A DNA stretch of 56,723 nucleotides from contig JAQGDQ010000860.1 in assembly GCA_030141605.1 (NCBI GenBank), forward strand, positions 30,377-87,099. The letters are read 5' to 3'. This document shows, piece by piece, positions 48,800 through 56,723 of this stretch. Every line of letters begins with the position of its first letter. The first letter of the stretch is position 1. The notes under the pieces are model-generated. The model did no database searches and was not told the origin of the DNA. It saw only the letters and a list, made by a program, of their open reading frames with translations. A program made the position numbers and the translations under genes. Source of the stretch: Tubiluchus corallicola. Its lineage: Eukaryota > Animalia > Priapulida.

Positions 48800-50845
48800 A
48801 TGACGGTACACTGGCTGAACATATCAAATTAGGGGCAAACATTGAAAATGAACAGTCAGGGGCACAACCGGGAAGAGGCTGTGAAGAGCAAACCTTAGCA
48901 GTCAGGCTAATGACTGACTCTGCAATCCGGATGAAAAAGAAGTTTTACATTGTCTTTGTTGACTTTGAAAATTCGTACGACGGTGTAAATGTTACTTCAG
49001 AAACTAATGAATTGTTTAGTGTTGCATGGATATGGAGGCCCTATGCAATCGCTGCAATGTTTGATTAAACAAAAAGTCTGTCAGGAACAAATGTACTTAC
49101 CTATAATGGAGGTGTAAAGGAAGGCTCTCTCTTCATGCTTATGCATCCTGTCTTTACTACTTTTTTGCTTCAAACTTTGCTAAAAGTAACAAAAGTAAGA
49201 CACAACAGTTTTTTTCTTCTTTGTTAATATATTGGACCGCTCTCCGCTTTTAGTGGAGGCAGAACGGATGGCACCGCGACCTACACCGTGCGGCATGTCT
49301 CAACTAAGTCAATGCCAAACCAAAACCAAAATGAATAATAAAATCAAAATGACAATTTATTACAAAAAATATTCCAAATATCTTACCGAATAGAATAGAA
49401 TAGAGCAAAGCCTGAAATGTGAACAGAGCTAGGATGAGACGACCACTGACAACGATCTACAGCAGACCTACCCTTTTTATAAGCTCAGGTGTGCACGTGA
49501 CTAGTGGCTCCCACTAACACAAGGTCAGAATAAGAATCTATGTGCTAGATAAAGCCACGTTCACACGCACACCTGAGAAGTCTGCTGTACTCCCCTGCCA
49601 GTATTACACTATCTCATCACAGCCCTGCAGTACACTATATAAATCCACTTATAACATCATTGAAGGTCACTGGTACGAATGAATGGTTAGGGGGTTCATG
49701 TGTATTCCTAATGGTGGATGTATATTGGCATCAAACCGTGAACCTTGTTACATTAAACTGGAGCGCTTACAATCATTTTGTGACAACAATGAGATGTCAA
49801 TGAACCATGTTCGTGGTGGTAAACGGTGATGCAGCCGATGTCCAGCCTATGACAATGACAGATGTTCAAATTAAGCGCATGTTTATTTAGGAGCTCACAG
49901 ATGACGGGAAGACTAATTCCATAGTCAAGCATCATATGCAAGAGAAGAATGCACATATTTTGAAGTTTTATGCTTTTTTGACGAAAAATGAACATTCTCC
50001 CTACTATGTGAAGAAAAGAGTCTTAGATCGTTGACGGCAATATTCTACAACTCCTAGAGTTTGATTACTGATAATTGGACTTATATGTCTTGCTCTACGT
50101 ATATCGGATTAATCAAGGCTTTATTGGGCGTCAGACAGACTACATGTGACGACCTTGCTTTAATTGAATCTGGATATCCATCCCCATTAGTTTGGCTTTG
50201 GTCTAGGCAGCAGAAAACCTTTAATGAAAACTGTCGCCATAGCAAGGAATATAGGCAAAAATGGATGCCTAGACCAGCTTCAGTCGAATTACCGGCCAGA
50301 CTATATACCTTAACAAAGAGTTTTATTGGAACAGCGCATATGGAATCGGATTAATTCTACACGTTGTGTAACTTACTTGGAATTGAACCCCGGTCTCGAA
50401 ACACCTCGTTTTGAATCGACAATATTTGAGCATCATCGGATAAGCTTCACAAGAATGCGTTTTCAATCACATAGGCTGCGGTTAGAAACGGGTAGATGGG
50501 CGAGACAGCCAAGGGAAAATAGGCTATGTCCTTGTGGGGACATTCAAACTGAGAAACACGTTATACAGACATGCCCCCTAACATCAAATATTAGAAACCG
50601 CTACGACAATGTAAACTTTGCTGATTTAACTCACTTCTTTCAGCACACTAATTGTTATATAATATGTTATGAAATTTTCCAACTTTTATGCTGATGAAGC
50701 TTGTATGCATAACACTGTTTTAATGCTATAACCTTGAGTAGGAAATGTACGTAAAGTGACATTTGGACAAAAATCACTAATGTATCGATTGTGGCATTTA
50801 TCTCGTTCTTCGTGTATACATGTAACTTGTTTTAGTCAATAAACT
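48800..50845 (+). mobile_element. Decayed non-LTR retrotransposon (RT plus C-terminal region), interrupted by later insertions
   Basis: QSGAQPGRGCEEQTLAVRL..FYIVFVDFENSYD (~48850-48985) and GVKEG (~49110). ORF 50326-50694 reads SHRLRLETGRW..RLCPCGDIQTEKHV..CP. Confidence 0.8.
49296..49608 (-). mobile_element. Putative LTR with adjacent PBS-like sequence, inserted in the LINE
   Basis: On the minus strand it begins TGTAATAC, contains TATAAAAAGGG and AATAAA, and ends GAGACA followed by TGCCGCACGGTGTAGG. Confidence 0.45.
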
Positions 50846-51060
50846 ACATACATACATGTTTAGTTGTGGGACGGACCAATTTAATAATCTCACTTTCTTT
50901 GTTCTATATTTTCTCACCCTAATGAACTTTTAATTTTGAATAAGTTGTCACTAGAGGGGAGAAACATTCATTGTGACTTAAAAATGGGGAACAGTATTAA
51001 TCATCCAGCAAACGACTTCTATTGTTATTATTATTTAGATGAAAATGAATTTTTGGAAGG

Positions 51061-51151
51061 AGTTTACAATTCCCCACGCAATTTAAACACACTAACCGTA
51101 ATCCTAATCCGCTTCACTTACGAACTTCTTGTGTGTGAGGAATTGTAAACT
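51061..51151. mobile_element. Small MITE with an internal CTAACC-type motif
   Basis: Inverted ends AGTTTACAATTCCCCAC / GTGAGGAATTGTAAACT. Confidence 0.6.
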
Positions 51152-51249
51152 TTATGTGAAGTTTCACATGTGCTCCCAGAGTTTCTGAGGATTGTTGTCA
51201 CAATGTTCTTGTAGATCTAAATTGTTGGTTGCTCAACATTCGTTTGCCA

Positions 51250-53388
51250 GTAGAGTAGGTTACAAGTTACAGCGAGGCGTTCCTTCAGGCAATGGTTTAA
51301 CAACGATCACTAGAAACTTTTGATTTCAAGTAGTCACAGGCGTCTCTCTCATGGTCGGCATCGGGGGGAGGCTGTAGAGTAGGTTACAGGTTACAGCGAG
51401 GCGTTCCTTCAGGCAATGGTTTAACAACGATCACTAGAAACTTTTGATTTCAAGTAGTCACAGGCGTCTCTCTCATGGTCGGCATCGGGGGGAGGGAGTA
51501 GAGTAGGTTACAGGTTACAGCGAGGTGTTCCTTCAGGCAATGGTTTAACAACGATCACTAGAAACTTTTGATTTCAAGTAGTCACAGGCGTCTCTCTCAT
51601 GGTCGGCATCGGGGGGAGGGAGTAGAGTAGGTTACAGGTTACAGCGAGGTGTTCCTTCAGGCAATGGTTTAACAACGATCAGTAGAAACTTTTGATTTCA
51701 AGTAGTCACAAGCGTCTCTCTCATGGTCGGCATCGGTGGGAGGGAGTAGAGTAGGTTACAGGTTACAACGAGGCGTTCCTTCAGGCAACGACTTAACAAC
51801 GATCACTAGAAACTTTTGATTTCAAGTTGTCGCAGGCGTCTCTCTCATGGTCGGCATCGGGGGGAGGCTGTAGAGTAGGTTACAGGTTACAGCGAGGTGT
51901 TCCTTCAGGCAATGGTTTAACAACGATCAGTAGAAACTTTTGATTTCAAGTAGTCACAGGCGTCTCTCTCATGGTCGGCATCGGTGGGAGGGAGTAGAGT
52001 AGGTTACAGGTTACAGCGAGGTGTTCCTTCAGGCAACGACTTAACAACGATCACTAGAAACTTTTGATTTCAAGCAGTCGCAGGCGTCTCTCTCATGGTC
52101 GGCATCGGTGGGAGGGAGTAGAATAGGTTACAGGTTACAGCCAGGTGTTCCTTCGGGCAACGGCTTAACAACGATCACTAGAAACTTTTGATTTCAAGTT
52201 GTCGCAGGCGTCTCTCTCATGGTCGGCATCGGGGGGAGGGAGTAGAGTAGGTTACAGCGAGGTGTTCCTTCGGGCAACGACTTAACAACGATCACTAGAA
52301 ACTTTTGATTTCAAGTTGTCGCAGGCGTCTCTCTCATGGTCGGCATCGGGGGGAGGGAGTAGAGTAGGTTACAGGTTACAGCGAGGTGTTCCTTCAGGCA
52401 ATGGTTTAACAACGATCAGTAGAAACTTTTGATTTCAAGTAGTCACAAGCGTCTCTCTCATGGTCGGCATCGGTGGTAGGGGGGGAGGGAGTAGAGTAGG
52501 TTACAGGTTACAGCGAGGCGTTCCTTCGGGCAACGACTTAACAACGATCACTGGAAACTTTTGATTTCAAGTTGTCGCAGGCGTCTCTCTCATGGTCGGC
52601 ATCGGTGGTAGGGGGGGAGGGAGTTGAGTAGGTTACAGGTTATAGCGAGGCGTTCCTTCGGGCAACGACTTAACAACGATCACTAGAAACTTTTGATTTC
52701 AAGTTGTCGCAGGCGTCTCTCTCATGGTCGGCATCGGTGGTAGGGGGGGAGAGAGTAGAGTAGGTTACAGGTTACAGCGAGGCGTTCCTTCGAGCAACGG
52801 CTTAACAACGATCACTAGAAACTTTTGATTTCAAGTTGTCGCAGGCGTCTCTCTCATGGTCGGCATCGGTTGGAGGGAGAGGGAGTTGAGTAGGTTACAG
52901 GTTATAGCGAGGCGTTCCTTCGGGCAACGACTTAACAACGATCACTAGAAGCTTTTGATTTCAAGCAGTCGCAGGCGTCTCTCTCATGGTCGGCATCGGT
53001 GGGAGAGAGTAGAGTAGGTTACAGGTTACAGCGAGGCGTTCCTTCGAGCAACGGCTTAACAACGATCACTAGAAACTTTTGATTTCAAGTAGTCGCAGGC
53101 GTCTCTCTCATGGTCGGCATCGGTGGTAGGGGGGAGGGAGTAGAGTAGGTTACAGGTTACAGCGAGGCGTTCCTTCGAGCAATGGCTTAACAACGATCAC
53201 TAGAAACTTTTGATTTCAAGTCACAGGTGTCTCTCTCATGGTCGGCATCGGGGGGAGGGAGTAGAGTAGGTTACAGGTTACAGCGAGGTGTTCCTTCAGG
53301 CAATGGCTTAACAACGATCACTGGAAACTTTTGATTTCAAGTCGCAGGCGTCTCTCCCATGGTCGGCATCGGTGGGAGGGAGTAGAGT
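51250..53388. repeat. ~124-bp tandem repeat, about 17 copies
   Basis: Unit GTAGAGTAGGTTACAGGTTACAGCGAGG..ATGGTCGGCATCGGGGGGAGGGA starts at 51250, 51374 etc. It ends about 100 bp before the gene D acceptor. Confidence 0.95.
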
Positions 53389-53491
53389 TTGTCTACTACC
53401 ATCACTAAGCTGTAAGCAAACTAAGAGATGGGGTGGGTTAACCCAAAGCTTCGCATTCTCGACTAGTTATATGCATTCATTTTTTTCAGAA

Positions 53492-55809
<2,318 letters not shown>

Positions 55810-56285
55810 GTATGTGTTATTTCTGAGTATTCATTGAATGTTACAAAGGGTCATGAACATCATTAATTTGTTTTTGCAACCTGAAACCAGATGGCGGTAA
55901 AATCGTCCATTATCGAGGTAGCAACTGCGCTGTTAGTAAATCAACTGCGCAGACGATTTCTTCATCAAGAAAATGTGAGATTTGATACAACTTTCAAGAA
56001 AAATGCAATTAGGTGAAAAAGTAAATGATTTATAACGGTACTCTTGCACTTCTGAATTCCAAAAATTAATCTGCAGTAGTGAAGAGTTATTTTAGATGAG
56101 ATGGAAAAAGATTCATTAAAATGAAGATCTTGAGAAAGAGACTCACTACAGAATAGCGAGATGTAGACGAACGCTACCACTTACTGTCAACTGTTCACAC
56201 TCGTGAGTTTTTTTCTGACAGCTAAGTCACAAATGTGAACAGTTGTACGAGTTACTGTCGGTAAGTTTATTGCGACATTCCAACA

Positions 56286-56723
56286 TTTACTGCGATGGCC
56301 TACTGTCTATTTGGCTTTACTGCGATGGCCAACTGTCTATTCGGCTTTACTACGACGGCCTACTGTCTAGTCGGCTTTACTGCGACGCCCTTCTGTCTAG
56401 TCGGCTTTACTGCGACGCCCTTCTGTCTATTCGGCTTTACTGCGACGGCCTACTGTCTAGTCGGCTTTACTGCGACGGCCTACTGTCTAGTCGGCTTTAC
56501 TGCGACGGCCTTCTGTCTAGTCGGCTATACTGTGACGGCCTTCTGTCTAGTCGGCTTTACTGCGACGGCCTACTGTCTAGTCGGCTTTACTGCGACGGCC
56601 TACTGTCTAGTCGGCTTTACTGCGACGGCCTTCTGTCTAGTCGGCTTTACTGCGACGGCCTTCTGTCTAGTCGGCTTTACTGCGACGGCCTTCTGTCTAG
56701 TCGGCTTTACTGCGACGGCCTTC
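56286..56723. repeat. 30-bp minisatellite (TTTACTGCGACGGCCTWCTGTCTAGTCGGC), runs off the window end
   Basis: Period 30, at least 14 copies. Confidence 0.95.

Overview
AT-rich, intron- and repeat-rich eukaryotic DNA, probably from an invertebrate metazoan. It carries a cluster of four spliced S1 (trypsin-fold) serine protease genes. Gene A (+) shows only its last two exons. Gene B (-) has 7 exons and an intact His/Asp/Ser triad. Gene C (-) has 7 exons and a catalytic Ser->Ala change, so it is a pseudoenzyme. Gene D (+) shows only its first three exons and has no canonical activation motif. The window also holds a 10-finger C2H2 zinc-finger gene, a decayed endogenous viral element spanning the RdRp core of a negative-strand RNA virus L protein (~10070-10945), many MITE/hAT/LINE/LTR remnants and about eight minisatellites. 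The most unusual structure is a 42-copy, 63-bp array in gene A. It is built from the gene's own 3' splice acceptor plus the start of the catalytic GDSGGP exon, and only the last copy gives a full-length protein. A second array of 13 x 79 bp, each with a perfect AAG|GTAAGT donor, lies upstream of gene D. All gene models were read by hand from splice signals and paralog homology; no database searches were run.
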